Program-made: the position numbers and the translations under genes
The notes under the pieces: model-generated
The model's input: the letters and a program-made list of their open reading frames with translations, nothing else
What the model was told of the DNA's origin: nothing
The model's database searches: none
In this document: one piece after another, positions 48,273-61,929 of the stretch
How the letters are laid out: each line of letters opens with the position of its first letter
Position numbering within the stretch: position 1 is the first letter of the stretch
Assembly: GCA_020137815.1 (NCBI GenBank)
Contig: CM035351.1
Coordinates: forward strand, 7,812,001-7,876,000
DNA length: 64,000 nt
DNA from: Hormiphora californensis
Lineage: Eukaryota; Animalia; Ctenophora
Direction of reading: 5' to 3'

Positions 48273-51113
48273 GCCGGGCAATGTAGAGAGGCTAATGATT
48301 GTGCGTACAAAATACTACCACACACACACATATGGTAAAGTATGGCGATATATAATGATACCCACTACGAACAGCCTGAATTTGGTTTTGTTTTTGCATT
48401 TGGGTTTTGTTGTGATTCCCAAAGATACATCACTATTTTCTTATTTTGCTTCATCAGTTTTGCAGTACTACTCAGAATGTGAATCGATTGTGCCTATCGC
48501 GTGTGCCGCTTGGTTAAAGTATTCGATCTTTGATGGCGAGTGAGATCGGGTCTCGAGACATAAGTGCATATTCCCAACACTGATGCAGCTGTGACTATTA
48601 ATCTAGTACCTACTACCGGTATATTATCATGTGCAGAGTTAATAATAATTACCAAAGACGACAGTGCTGCTGCCATACCTAATATTCGAAATTAAAGTAT
48701 TCTTTCCATGCAATCATATATCTCTAGATAAAAGCCATACTGCAGCACTCAGCACGACTCGACGAGTTGGCCATTTTTCACGGTATTATATAGCGATGTT
48801 ATACATGTTATATATATGCAGATGACTATGTGAATCGTATAAGCTGTATCAGTAGAATGTATCGTTTCTCACATAAAGCTGTGTTCCCTAGTTCAGATCT
48901 ATATATGGAGATATAGATCCAGTATAAAACCCGCTATAAAAGTGATGTAACGTTACTAGATGATCAATCTGATTCTGTGAAAAATAATCAAGTGAACTTT
49001 ATAAAGGTGTAGCTGCAGCCCACTGTACGCATGTAGACTACTAGACAGTGACTACTACTCACTGAGTAGTAGTCATGTAGTACTATGGTGTGTTAGTGCA
49101 GCCCTGTCATTAATTGATCTCTCTGTCCATGAAAGGGTAGTGTATACTTAATACGCCACCCATTACACACACACTACACAGTGACGGCCTGTTAAATTAT
49201 AGGCGAGAGGGGAGAGATAAATAGACGTAACGTGTGCAGCAGTTCGACAAAGATCAGAGCTAATGTGTGAGTCTTGGTGAAGATAATATTCTGATCATCC
49301 TGCAGATACCCTCCAATGATACTTGGATAACTAAGCAACTACTTAACTAGTAGGTGTTTGGACTTTCAGTATCCTGCTAGTGCATGCTAACTGTGAACAC
49401 TTGGCACGAGCTAATGATCGTTATAATTGCTGATCCTCTCTAGACTAGTATATCTTGATCCCCACAAAACCTGAATTTATGTAGTTGCGGTAGTGTCTTT
49501 GCTAGTAGATGGTCTTAATGAGACAATCCTCTCTCTCTCTTCTACATAAAAAGCGTTCCTCTATCGCGGTCTAGATTGTAGGTTCATATAAATATGATAA
49601 TAACATATCGCTTATATTCTTTAGAACTTGGCAGCTTACAGTGACTAGTTTACAGCTTACTAGCTTATAGTGACTAGTTATATATCGGAAAGACAGTGAT
49701 TTGATAAGCTTTCAATTGATTCACGGAATCCGGTGCGTTGAAAACTCGTTAGCTACATACCGCTACTATATAATATAGTCGGATAAAGCTGTACTAGTTT
49801 GTTACTAGTACAGAGAGAAACTATTCATTTCTCGACACTACGTGAACAAGGCTGCATAGCTGCACTTTTATATGATCTTCAAACTAACTTTCTACAATCC
49901 TACCTCTATAAGTTGCCTTGTTTGCACCCTTTACAAATGTAGATCATAACAACCTCTAAGTACCTTGGTGTGCTGCTGGAAAATCCTAAAGAATAGCTTC
50001 CTCACCTAGTTTATCCACCCCCTCTTACCTTAACAATTGAACGTCGGATGGTGTAAAAATCGTTCTAATGGTTTCCTGTTAGGTCCACTGCTGCTTGGGT
50101 ATTGTTCACAGTTATCAGTTATCCCCCGCTCAAAACATTGCACATATCTAGCCTGCTGTTGTTTCTCTATTGTACATGAGTTTATCATAATATCATGTTG
50201 AATACTGCAGAAAGGAATTATTAGTTTTTCATTTTGGCTATAATGTTGTTGAGCTGTACTCAACAAATTTGGAGATTCCCTAGAACATACGATTACTTCT
50301 TGTGCAATCGTTATTCTCGCTCCCTCTATAATAGAGCTCTCTCCTGACCCCTGCAGCTGCAGCTTTTGGTTAAGCTCTCACGTTGTACTCCACTATTTTG
50401 GTATAGATTCTATTCTCACCCGCTGATTTGAACATTGTTACACGAAGCCATAGAGAGTACACAGAACTATAGTGTGATTTGTTGTAATGAATTATTTATT
50501 CTGACTAATTCTTGTTATTCACTATACGTACAAACCATGTTGAGCGGAATTCTGGTACAAGTCATCAATAAACAGACGTGCTGGAGGGGAAATTCCTGAA
50601 GTCATTGTAAAATGCTTTAGGCGAGAAAATAAGTCTTTTGGTTATTTTGGTTGCACAACTCTTATTATATACCCTGTATGTTTAGCAGGCTTTATGTGGC
50701 TTAAGCCACATAATCTGATAAAGACAGCCACCTGAAAGCAGTAGTTTTGATTTTGAATTGTGGTACTTGGATTGAAGGGGTTCATATATTGATCTCAGTT
50801 TCAGTGTTGTGAAGGTATGAAGTCACCTCGTTGGCAGCAGTTTAAATAATTCATTGAGCACTGCGTACGTCTATGGAGGGAGAGAGGGAGAGAGAGAGAG
50901 CATTAATAATCGATGAAATCTTACCGCAATTAGGGAGAGATGAGGAGAGATAGAGAGAGATAGTTGGAGAGTGAAAGGGGGAAGCACTAGTAGTGGTTGC
51001 TCAGTGTTACTGTTTCAACCATTGCTTGATTAGTTTCTTTCACATCTTGATCGTGTAGCTGGCCAGTAGAAATTCAAATTGAATCGTGCCGGATACCGCG
51101 GATGTGTAAGAAA

Positions 51114-51195
<82 letters not shown>

Positions 51196-52405
51196 TACTG
51201 CGGCACACACCTATACGTGGAAATCAACCAATAAATCAACTACGTACAAACACTTAGCTCCAATCAATAGCCGACTTTTCCAATTAAATACTACACCATC
51301 GATAAAGACCCGCCCTAATGTTGCCCATTGTAAATTGTATAGAAAAATACACCAAGAGGGGAGAGAGAGAGGCATTGTTAGGCTAAGCATATTTTAGGCT
51401 GTGGGATATGGTGAGGGACACTCATGGCGATTTTCAGACGTTTGTACAAACCGCTGCGCTATTTTTTGTTCTTCAGAATAGAAATCACCCGCTTCTATTG
51501 TGCCGCTAATGAATGCCGCTACTGAATGCAGGACATTCTAAAGGTTTATTGAAACTTCATGGAACGTCCTAATACGACAGACATGGTTCCTACAGCTCCA
51601 TTCTACTTTGTAACGTACTGTATCAGTGTGTATCAGTATGTGCTGACAGCTTCACTTGCTAGTAGACACTGACTAACTGGTACTTACATATCTTCAGAGA
51701 CGCTGTTTAATAGAAACATTCCACTGATACCATACCAGCTATTATTCAGTTTATTTAGATGCTGTAAGTTGCCTCTCACAGCGGCATATATACCCATTTT
51801 AGTGCTTGACATTATACTGGATCACAACCCCGGGGGAACATATGAGCTCCTTGGCCTGACCTTATTCTCATTTCTCGCAAATAATGTTCTGCACGCGAGA
51901 ATGGTGCGTTGTCAGAGATACAAGATGTTACGATTGTTACAATGGTCCTTGTAGTGGAGATCCATTTTAGCAGCTGCCTGTATTCCCATTACCCCATACA
52001 CACACTAAACAAGGGCGGTGTGTACGTGATGCTATTCAGACCTCTCCTTGTAGTCAAATAGAAGACCTTAGTGGTCATTACGTATGTTTTTATATGAGCA
52101 CTGCATGTGTATTGTACAGGAGGCCTCTAGTTAGCAGTTACTGGACAGGCCACTAGTAATATCTAGTAAGTATAATTGGGCCACATTATACACTGCATTA
52201 CACAGCTGCCATTACCATTGACAGCCATACTCATGTGTGTGTGTTTAGGGCATTGTATATTAGACCCAGGAGCAGGTCATTATTGTATAGCCGCTATTTA
52301 GTTACTCCCGACATGGTTTGTAAGGTCGACTATCCTCCATTAGCCCTGTTATCGTCTTAGAGAGAAAAAGAGCGCAGCATATAAGTACATGTGCAATTTA
52401 ATGCA

Positions 52406-52495
<90 letters not shown>

Positions 52496-52604
52496 CCTCC
52501 TTCTCTCTGTTCATCCTGCTTTAGACAGACGCAGTATATATTCGCGTACTGTATGTTTTTGTACATAATATTATTTGACCCACTGTAGACTCAGAACATT
52601 GCTA

Positions 52605-55600
52605 ATGCGTCCATGGCTCTTCCTTCTGGGATGCCTTCAGCTCCAGTCGGTACGGCCGTGCGACCCTAACCGTGAACTGTGTGGGGACGTGGCCGCGGAG
52701 AAGGCTGCCGTACTACGGGATGACTTGTGGAAGATTCTCAATGGTGCCACCAAGATCGACATCCTGGAGGTATGTGACAACTGATGATCTTTTAGTTGTT
52801 GTTCGATCCTGTGTTGATCTTATAGCTTGTATATATCGTGACGATATTATTGGCTATGTAATCATGGTGACACCACGGCCTATTATCGACAGATGACCAT
52901 GTTATACACGTGTTACCAAATAGTAACACATCATTGCCTCCAGAAAGCATACAGCGAGTCAGATTTAATTGAGTTACGAGATAATAACGGGACTCAAATA
53001 CTGGCTGATGCTGCCAGTAATTTAAATGTAAGTACTAACTGCAGTCTCCCAGCTTCCGGTCATATGTATGCAGGGAACGGTTTTATAATGAAAATCCCGC
53101 TACATTCATTAATCCCGTACCTCAGAAAATCCTGAAATCGAAGACGGAGGCCGTTAACAGTATAGCAGATTTTGTGAGGGAGAAGAGTGTTACTTTGGTT
53201 GGGGATAATGATGTACCAGACCGAGTTGAAGAGTCTGCCTACAGTTGTCCTTCGTACCTTCTTGCCAAGGACAGGTAGGTCGTGGTGGGAAAAATGAAAT
53301 ATTTTCTGTAGCCCCATTAAACAGAAGCTCCGTTGTGCGACTCAGTATATATGTATTATACCAAAACTAATTAAAATTAGTAGGCCGGAAAGGTTGCCCT
53401 ATGATTTGAGCTACCTTTGCCACCGTAACATTCACGGGGTACAGACAGGGTACAGATGCATCGTCTATCTTCAAAAGGGAATGTACCGGTACCAAAGGTA
53501 GCTCAAATCATAGGGCAACCTTTCCGGCCTACTAATTTTAATTAGTTTTGGTATAATTTGCATCATTTTTGGGATTTTTATCCATTTAGATGTAGTAGAA
53601 CAGGTACGGAGAGGATGGAATCGCGAAATTGAGAAAATTTCATTTTTGACGTCATTTTGACGTCATAAAATGACGTCACGACGTTATCACGTCATAATTA
53701 TGACGTAATATCATCGGGATTAGCTAGATGAAGATACTGACCAAGTTTGAGATCGATTGGATAAGATTTGAGTCCGCTATGGCGAAAAACCCATATCGTC
53801 ATATCTATTTTTAAACAGTCATAACACTTCAGACGCGTTTTAAGACCCTTATACTTTCGTACCCTTATACTTTCGTACTCATGTATGATAAACATGGACG
53901 GGATAGTGAAGTCTCACAACAAAGCGATACTCAAGAAAGCGGAGGATGAGGAAAAACAGAGTGAACGCCTCTGTAACTGCAGAATTCCAGAAAACTGTCC
54001 TGTGGGAAACACCTGCCTGAAATCCGGTGTAGTCTACGAAGCACTAATCAAACACAGCAACGGGCTAGAACAGAAATATGTGGGAATGACGGGTGGGTCA
54101 TTCAAAACTAGGTTCAATGGTCACATGGCGACAATAAGACACGACAAAAACAGGACAGCGACAGAACTCTCCAAACTAGTTTGGAGCCTCCATGACAGAC
54201 AGATAACGTATGACATAACATGGCAGATCATCGCCAAAGCTCCACCATACCGCCCAGGCAACATCACCTGCTCTCTATGCCTGGCCGAAAAGTTCGCAAT
54301 ATTAACGAGGAAAGGACTAATTAACAAGAAATGGGAGCTTCTTAACAAATGTCCCCACCGGAGAGGACACCTGGCATCACTTCAACAAACGGTTTGATGA
54401 AGGAGTCGAAGATGAAGTTGAACGTTTTAAAATTTGCAAGTAATTTTTCTGACGATTGCGAAAGCATGAAACTCTGAGTAAACGACCTTGTATTACTTAG
54501 TAAGACCCTTATACATGTAGTTTTGGAAATTCGTAAACAAGTTTCTGAAAGTTTAGACAATTCTCTTTCCATGATATAGTCTTCGATTTTCGATTAGAAT
54601 CCGTCTTCAGGGTGTAAATTGAGCTCAAAGAATTTTGGTCAGAGTCTGAAAAATGACGACTTTAAGACGTTCTGTAGGACGTTCCTGGCGATGAAAAGAG
54701 ACCCCACATCGACTAATGCACACACATCCAGTAGATCTACCAGCTGTGAAAATTAGAAGTTTCTATCTTTTTTCGTTTGGCGTGAATATGGTTTACAAAA
54801 AGCGTCTCTCCTACGTGCGTATATGTTGGTGACGCGGTCCCCCCTCCACTAGGGCCGCGCGAAGCGCTGCAAACGAAGCAAACATAATAGGGGATGTCAT
54901 CACCAAGCGTATATGCGTGTTACACTGAATTTATGGCAAATGGGACCTATCTGTAACTTCGGTTCTAGTTGAGATAGAGACTTGAAATTTTAAACTTGAG
55001 TCAAAGACCCCAAGCCGGGTATACATTCCAAATTTCAAGTCTAACGGATGAAAGGGAGCCACGCTATAGCCTTCTGAAATCTGGGTTTTCAGCCAAACAC
55101 CCATAAAACGTATAACTGCGTTTCTGGCGGCGCTTTTGCTTGGGGGGGGGGGGATGGCAACCTTTGCGCTTGCCAGCGCAGTGACTTTAATCATAACCTC
55201 ATATTATCCTCAGTAGAATCTCATACTATTTTCAGCACAATGGGGGAGAGGATTAATCTGACGTATGTTGATGAATTCAAAGCTGAGGTGAACCTCTCAG
55301 AGACTGTTGTCCATTTCCCCGTCGACGTGTATGAATACTCTAAGGGCATAAGAAGGTATGTGTGGGCCAGTAAAATGTCTTTGTAGCTCTTTCTTCTGCA
55401 TATCTATAGATTTGAAACAACAAATTCATTGAACCAATTAAATGTTTCAACTAATCGATACCCCCCGTCCTAATATTACATGTCCTAACGTTCAGGGCAG
55501 TGAAACTAACAGACGGTATGGAAGAGGTGTTTGTACAAAACTACGCCAACGATCACTTCATATTCGCCCAGTATTTCGGTTCAACCTCGGGTCTTCTCCG

Positions 55601-58600
55601 GTATTTTCCCGCCTACTATTGGGAAACGAATAATCAGGTATTACACACACGATCAGTTAGTGGTGAGGATGTGGTCGGTAATTGTTAGTTAGCTGCAAAG
55701 GAGGAGAATGAAAACCACAACTAATTACCACTAGTCTTCCATTAGACCGATTAGTACAACTAATTACCACTCGTCTTCACATTAGACCGATTAGTACAAC
55801 TAATTACCACTCGTCTTCCATTAGACCGATTAGTACAACTAATTACCACTCGTCTTCACGTTAGACGGATTTGTACGACTGTAGATTCAGGTCATGGTAC
55901 ATTGAAGCAGCGGGACAGCCCCGGGACGTGGTCTTTCTCATGGACACATCGGGAAGCATGTGAGTGCCATTTGACTACAGAAGTGTGTAACGTGTATGAT
56001 GACACGTTGACTCTCTACATTCATGATAATATCATTTGTCTAGGTTTGGATGGGCTTTACGAGTGGCCAAGTACACAGCCAAGAGACTCCTCTCAATCAT
56101 ATCCGATAAGGATCACATAGCGTTTTACACGTACAATGAGACCACCAACTCCTTATCTTGTAAAGAAGATCTGGAGAGGGCTCGGCTAAAATACATCAAC
56201 TATCTAACCGATCAAATCGACTCTATTGAGGCTTATGGTGAGTGAAATGAGACACACTTTCATTCCTGACTAAAACAACGTGTGCAGATCTTTTAGGAAA
56301 ATTTCACATGGACCTAACTTCCAATAATTCTTTCAGGCCCTTCCAACATAACAACTGCACTAAGAAAAGCATTTAGTGTTTTGACGGAATCTCGGTTGAA
56401 AAACAAGACGTGCGACTGTCAAAGGGCCATCGTAATTTTCAGGTATCATTCTTACAACTCCAAGGGTTCTATTTTATAGGGTTATACCATGTCATGTAGC
56501 TGTATGAACTAAAAAGCTATAAACTACAATGTATAATTACCTTAGAAAGTTTAATCTGTTTTTTGGTTATCACGTATCACCTATAGTGTCCTCTATCCGT
56601 ATCATTTCGACGGCCCTCGACCAAGATGATCTTTGAAAGGTTCAACCTCTGTATTGTCTCTCTTTGAGATGTTGGGTTGGTCATTTTATGGCATCCAGCA
56701 TCCATAAGTCTTCTAAAAATTCTTACTCAATACTTCCGGTGTAGCAGGAACGTTGAAACCTGGAAAATGAAAAGTTGTAAGAGTTTAAATTTTATTAGGA
56801 TAATCAATGATATTGAAGACTGTTAATGTGATACCAAGTTAATACAGCTACATGACATGACTTGAACCCGTTAAAAGAACCCCTAGAAACCTCAGCGTGC
56901 TTGAAACAAAGCCATCAACTCTCAACTATCCCTTTCAGTGACTACCTAAGACAGGACTACTCAGAACTTCTCCAAGAGTTAAATCCTGACGGTAGAGTAA
57001 AGATCTTCATCTTGGCATTCGGATCACCAAACCAGGGAGACACATCCAAGCTTGAAGAGATAGCCTGTACAAACAATGGATACTTTAGCAAAGTCTATAC
57101 TTTCGGGGATGTCGTCCCTGCCATTTCAAACATTCTTGCTGTTTTTGGGTAAGACACATATTTTCAGGTTTTTAAGCTATCTTCACATCAACTAAAAAGT
57201 ATCAATGTTTACAAATTTCATGCTTTCAGTCAGCCTCTTTCTACGAACATCCCTGATATCCAAGTATCGTGGTCGACTGTCTACTACGAATACGATCGTG
57301 AAAGCTTTGTAATGACCGTGGGAAAGTCTGTCGTCCTGGACTTTGAGAATTTTAACACCACCCAGGTAAGCTGCCCATAGTCATGAGCAGAGAATTAGAC
57401 CATCATTCATTGGGGAATGCATTTATTCATGATCTATTATAATCGATCCACCCACTAATGACAAGGCTATGCTTATTCTTACTAACCCGGTATCTGCAGC
57501 ACTCGTCCACAATCCTGCCCCATGCTAACTACCCCAACTCGTCCCCAGTCCCAATTATAATGGGAATCGGGGTAGGGATAGTCTATGAATCAAGTTGACT
57601 ATATCATGGTGTCAAAATATTTTTACTAACTACCCCACCCCCTCTCACTCCTAGCCCCAACTAACTGTACCCCCTCCCAGAAAGGAGCACCGTTTCTTGG
57701 TGTGGCAGCTATAGATGTGGACATCCCCCAGATGAAGGCCATCATGACGGGCATGTTCAGTGGCATCATGTACGCCTTTATGATCAACAATAACGGTATA
57801 TGAGCATGATGAAATGTGAAACAATTCGTGACAATATTACCGGATATAAATCATGAACGGTGATTCTCGTCACACCATTCACATCATTTAGATGATAGGG
57901 GTCCACCTTCCAGTGAGGGGGGTCCAACCTGTTATCATCTCTCTATTTTCCCAGGGGTGGTGGTACTTCACCCGCGGATGGTTCCCATAGAGGGATACAC
58001 AGAGAAGCCTGACATGGATCTGAATGACATTGAGATCACGGAGGATCCGGGTGACATCATTGAAGTTGCCAACCTCATGCTCAGTAGGAGTACAACTAGC
58101 GTCAAAACTCGATCACTCCTTTACTTCCCTGACACTGTCAGGGGCCGTGAAACATACCAGGTTACTAATTGTACAGTTTTTAGTAGACTACATCAAATCC
58201 TAACTAGTCCTAAAAAGTTCAATCTTCATCGCCGCATTAACTTCTATACCAGGACACCGAGTTATTTGTAATGTCCCTGGATGAGCACCCGTTCAGTATT
58301 GGAATTGTAGTACCTGCCAGTGAGAGGATGCAAACAGTCCTGAAGGGGTCCCTGAACAAGAAGGTCATCAAAGAGACCATCGAGAGGGAAGTACCCGGCA
58401 CGCTACGCTGGAAGAAATACCCACTGTGCAAAAAGAATATCAGCGGTGAGTTTGAGTTTCTAACCATGCAGTGTTTCTACTGTTTCACTCAACTAAGTTT
58501 TGTAGGGCTAGAGTTAAGTGTGTAGGGTCCCCTTAACTTCTCTCCAAGTACCATATTCAGTACTCGACTGCTTCAATATTTCAAGATCCCATTTCTCTAA

Positions 58601-60163
58601 TAACCTTAAAGTTGACTAACTTGTTTTCATCCCACTATATTTCAGATACTATCCTGATGCCCCAGAACGTCCCTGAGTTGAGGGCGGATCCGTGTTGGCC
58701 GGACAGGTACTACGAGATGGCTGCAGAGATACAGATTACCAACCCTATCGCCCAGTGGTGGAGAAGTGAGGAGTTTGAACAATGGAGGGGCATGACCATA
58801 CTCAACGACTGCTCGGAGTGTATCATGGACGCCTATCTCGTTACCAACATCGGCATTACACGCACATACATGTACGTAATAGTATTTGAATGGCATTTAC
58901 ATATGTTCATTATGGATTTTAGAGTCGATCTGTCGCACCAAATAGTACTAAACGGTCTCTTTCTACTAGGAACATGACACAGCCAGGTTCGGTAATCGAT
59001 CCCACGGAAATGCAACCCTTTAGACATGCTAGAAAGGGACTCCCACCTAACATCGTACTACTAAGGTGGGCTACATTAACTTGTTCAAATCGTATGTTGT
59101 TATGTTCTAACCCTCCTTTACGGGGCGCGGTGAGACAGGGTGGAATATCTAATGTTGAAATTAGGTAAAGTAACCTTTTCATGTACAGTTTGTTGGATAA
59201 GCAGAGTGAAGATAAGATATACTTTAACCTGAGTTACTCAGTGGGAATCCCCCGAGGACAGGGAACTGATGATTTCTACCAGCCTGTAGCCGTGGGGGTC
59301 AAGGTAAAAATCAACTATAATCTCTTGAAATACATAGAAACACATTACACACGTCATCTCATACTATTTTTCATCAAGTAAATCCCTTTCTCTCTTTGCA
59401 GGTCCAGTTCAAGGCACTGCGATATCTAGTCAGGAAGACTCTGGGTGCAACCTACCAAAACGTCAGCGCCACACTACTCGACGAGAATGCCTTCATCATC
59501 TACAGCACTGACTCCCTTTGGGTGCCCACTAACGTGGACCGCTTCTTCGACAGGATCTCCCCAATCACAGAACTAGTTGATCAGTCCGGGTTTTACGACA
59601 ACTACACGGTGGTGGACTGTCAGAAGTTGTGTCCCAAGGAGCCAGTAGCAGAGGAACAGAAGACAGCCTCATCAGCGCCCTCTATAGCACGATACCCCCT
59701 AGGTATTATGCACGTGCTACTAGGTGCTCTCTGGAGGACTCTCCTTACCATCTGGTGGTGGACGGGGGAGGGCGGGGGAGGTGTTTCTGCTACCCATCAA
59801 TCCAGCACTCAGTACATGTGTTGCGTTAATAACTTTGCGTACAATAGGAACTTTGACACCACAGAGCCTTATGAGGGGGTTGCAGATTGTGGGACGTGCT
59901 CTAAGAACATTACCTTGGCACCACTACCAGGGAGCAACGTGCTCATGCTAATAGACAATAACCCGGACTGTGTGTGTCCGGAGAAGGTACGGACCCGGAA
60001 CAAATACTTCCGGAAGTTGTGCGAGTACCCCGTGTCCCAATGGCAGTCTGATTTAACGTTACGGGACTGCTTCGAGCAGAACCATAAGAGCGTACCCGTG
60101 GGCACGTGGTATTGCTCTAAAGACTTAAAAACATACTCTCGAACACTCAATAACGACACATGA
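52605..60163 (+). CDS. Voltage-gated calcium channel alpha2delta-family protein (VWA_N/dCache, VWA, Cache domains); 17 coding exons
   Basis: Exons 52605-52769, 52944-53027, 53126-53274, 55236-55355, 55496-55637, 55865-55959, 56044-56237, 56337-56442, 56939-57148, 57230-57365, 57681-57795, 57955-58160, 58253-58445, 58646-58871, 58970-59065, 59189-59303, 59402-60163. Motifs: signal peptide, [44 protein letters not shown] (MIDAS), [37 protein letters not shown]2D-like; paralogue not assignable. Confidence 0.92.
53885..54397 (+). CDS. GIY-YIG endonuclease C-terminal domain of a Penelope-like element (Naiad/Chlamys-like); RT missing
   Basis: SYSCM-N..HN, CNC..CP..C, VVY..YVGMT..FKTR..H, TELS..W, C.LCL.EK, C.H. 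Confidence 0.88.
   Translation: MINMDGIVKSHNKAILKKAEDEEKQSERLCNCRIPENCPVGNTCLKSGVVYEALIKHSNGLEQKYVGMTGGSFKTRFNGHMATIRHDKNRTATELSKLVWSLHDRQITYDITWQIIAKAPPYRPGNITCSLCLAEKFAILTRKGLINKKWELLNKCPHRRGHLASLQQTV
54438..54498 (+). ncRNA. Minimal type I hammerhead ribozyme
   Basis: Core CTGACGA (54449-54455), stem II TGC-GAAA-GCA, GAAAC, palindromic stem III ACTC-T-GAGT, cleavage triplet GTA (54478-54480), distal stem I AAGTAAT/ATTACTT. Confidence 0.78.
55717..55870 (+). repeat. 39-40-bp tandem repeat x4 spanning a splice acceptor
   Basis: ACAACTAATTACCACTCGTCTTCCATTAGACCGATTAGT; the last unit supplies the real acceptor at 55864. Confidence 0.9.
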
Positions 60164-61929
60164 TAGACAGTGTTAGTTTCGTGTAACTGTTGTGCAAGGG
60201 AGATCAGGGAGAAAGTGGGTCGCTAGCTCTGATCTCTTGCATATCAACCTTCCTTTGACTGTAACACACCTATGTTTTAACATATTTTCACACCGAATAT
60301 AATCGTACTTTTGTGTGACTTTTAGGATCCTAGTGGGAGTTGTAGCAGGCAATGGTCGAGAGGGGGGCAAGTATAAATAGGAAGGAGAGAAAAGGATAAG
60401 ATCTGTGTGATCTTGAGAAGTTGAGATCATTTCATTGCATGTTAGTTGCACGGTGAAACTTATAGGTCCAGTTGGATAGGTCCAGTTGAGGAAGTGCCAA
60501 AAGGAAAACAAGCTCCGTGACCTAATAAATTGTTTGTTTACTTAGTCTAAGAGATCTTTTTTGGAAATAGACCCTCGCCGGCCGCAGTTTTAGGAGGATA
60601 TGTATGATGATTGGTGGCTTTTTTTCACTTGAGTCTTCAACAACAAATTCAAACATTCCATCTATCTCTATTCCCTTATTAAAATTTAGCTGTCGCAAAA
60701 ATAGTACAATGTGCTTGTAGTTAATCGCAGGGTCTCTCGAACAGTATACTATCTTTCTCAAGACAATATTTCTGACCATTTGTAATATAGGTAAATTCAG
60801 GGTCTAGTAAAAGGACGGGCAGCCCAACCCCCCCCCCCCCCATTATAGTGCGAGTTCGCCCCACACTACTAATGCATCAACCTCACAAACCCTACAACCA
60901 ACATCAATTGTATCTTTCGTTTACCTGCTAAGCCACCAATGGAAATTTGAAACCATTTTTCAAATTGCAAAACTCATTTCCGGCCCTTTGCTCCCCTCTT
61001 GAATTGTAGGGTTTATGAAATTGCTAGACAAACTCCTGGGCGTTCCAAGCGGTAATTGGGTCACCCCCCATTGGAAAACCATCCTAAACCTTGGGGAATT
61101 TTGGAATTTGCCTGTTCTATTTTGGAAAGCATTACCTATAGTTTGACTTCTTCAACTATAGTGATATGAAGGGAAGGGAGTACTCCCATCGAGTTTAATA
61201 AATGTTGCTGTTTATATAGTGGATTATATAACCAGGACTGTCCAAAAATCACCCCTTGCTTCCAACCATTTGAACGCTGAAATATGCCTGTTTTCCGCGA
61301 GTGTGATTAAATCGTAATTGCGGATATATAATTCAAATGTTTTTTACCTTTTTAAACACAACACCACAATTGACTGACAGGTATCCGACACAAGTCTCAA
61401 ATTACACTCACATCCCCTTTCTCCATATATCCCCTTATCGTTTTGTTTGCTATTCAAGATTCCAATCTCCTCTCTCCTCTCTTCTTTTCTCTCTCTCTTC
61501 ACTTTCAACTATCAATCTTGTCTCCTTGTTGAAAGTTGCAGTAGTGTCCTGTTAGTATTTTTGATGTTTTTCTTAGTTTGTACTTGTTGTCATCTCCTGT
61601 GTGTAATCACCAATAGATTGTTTGCTGTCATGTGTTTTCTCCGAATTATCTCAAAACTCCTGCACGCATGTGCAAGCGCCCCTATATCGCACTCGTTACA
61701 CGGCATATAGGTTGAATGCACTCACTCGCTGCTGCTTTCACCATATACGTCGCTGCAGAGCGTATATGCGCGCGTTGCACTGCGTGCAGTACCTTACTGT
61801 CACTATTTCTTGAACTCTAGAACCCTTTTGGCCTTGTTGCACACGTGACTCAAAATAATCTTGAATATTGCGCTCTATAGCTATAACAACTATGAGCCGA
61901 TTCATGACCATAGTTTACCGCTAATTAAG

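Larger units (their letters stand above)
53855..54500 (+). mobile_element. 5'-truncated Penelope-like retroelement insertion
   Basis: 14-bp TSD TAAGACCCTTATAC at 53841-53854 and 54501-54514. Contains a GIY-YIG ORF and a hammerhead. Confidence 0.88.
53355..55184 (+). mobile_element. Non-autonomous Helentron/DINE-1-like element, copy 2, in alpha2delta intron 3
   Basis: 5' hairpin 53355-53557 with AAAGGTTGCC/GGCAACCTTT. 3' GGCAACCTTTGCGCTTGCCAGCGCAGTGA. Shares GACGTCA-rich and ACACTGAATTT blocks with copy 1. Confidence 0.7.

Noticed and set aside
49870-50400. Possible Mutator-transposase remnant on the minus strand
   Set aside because: Only a vague GC..H...R.L...GL resemblance with several stops.
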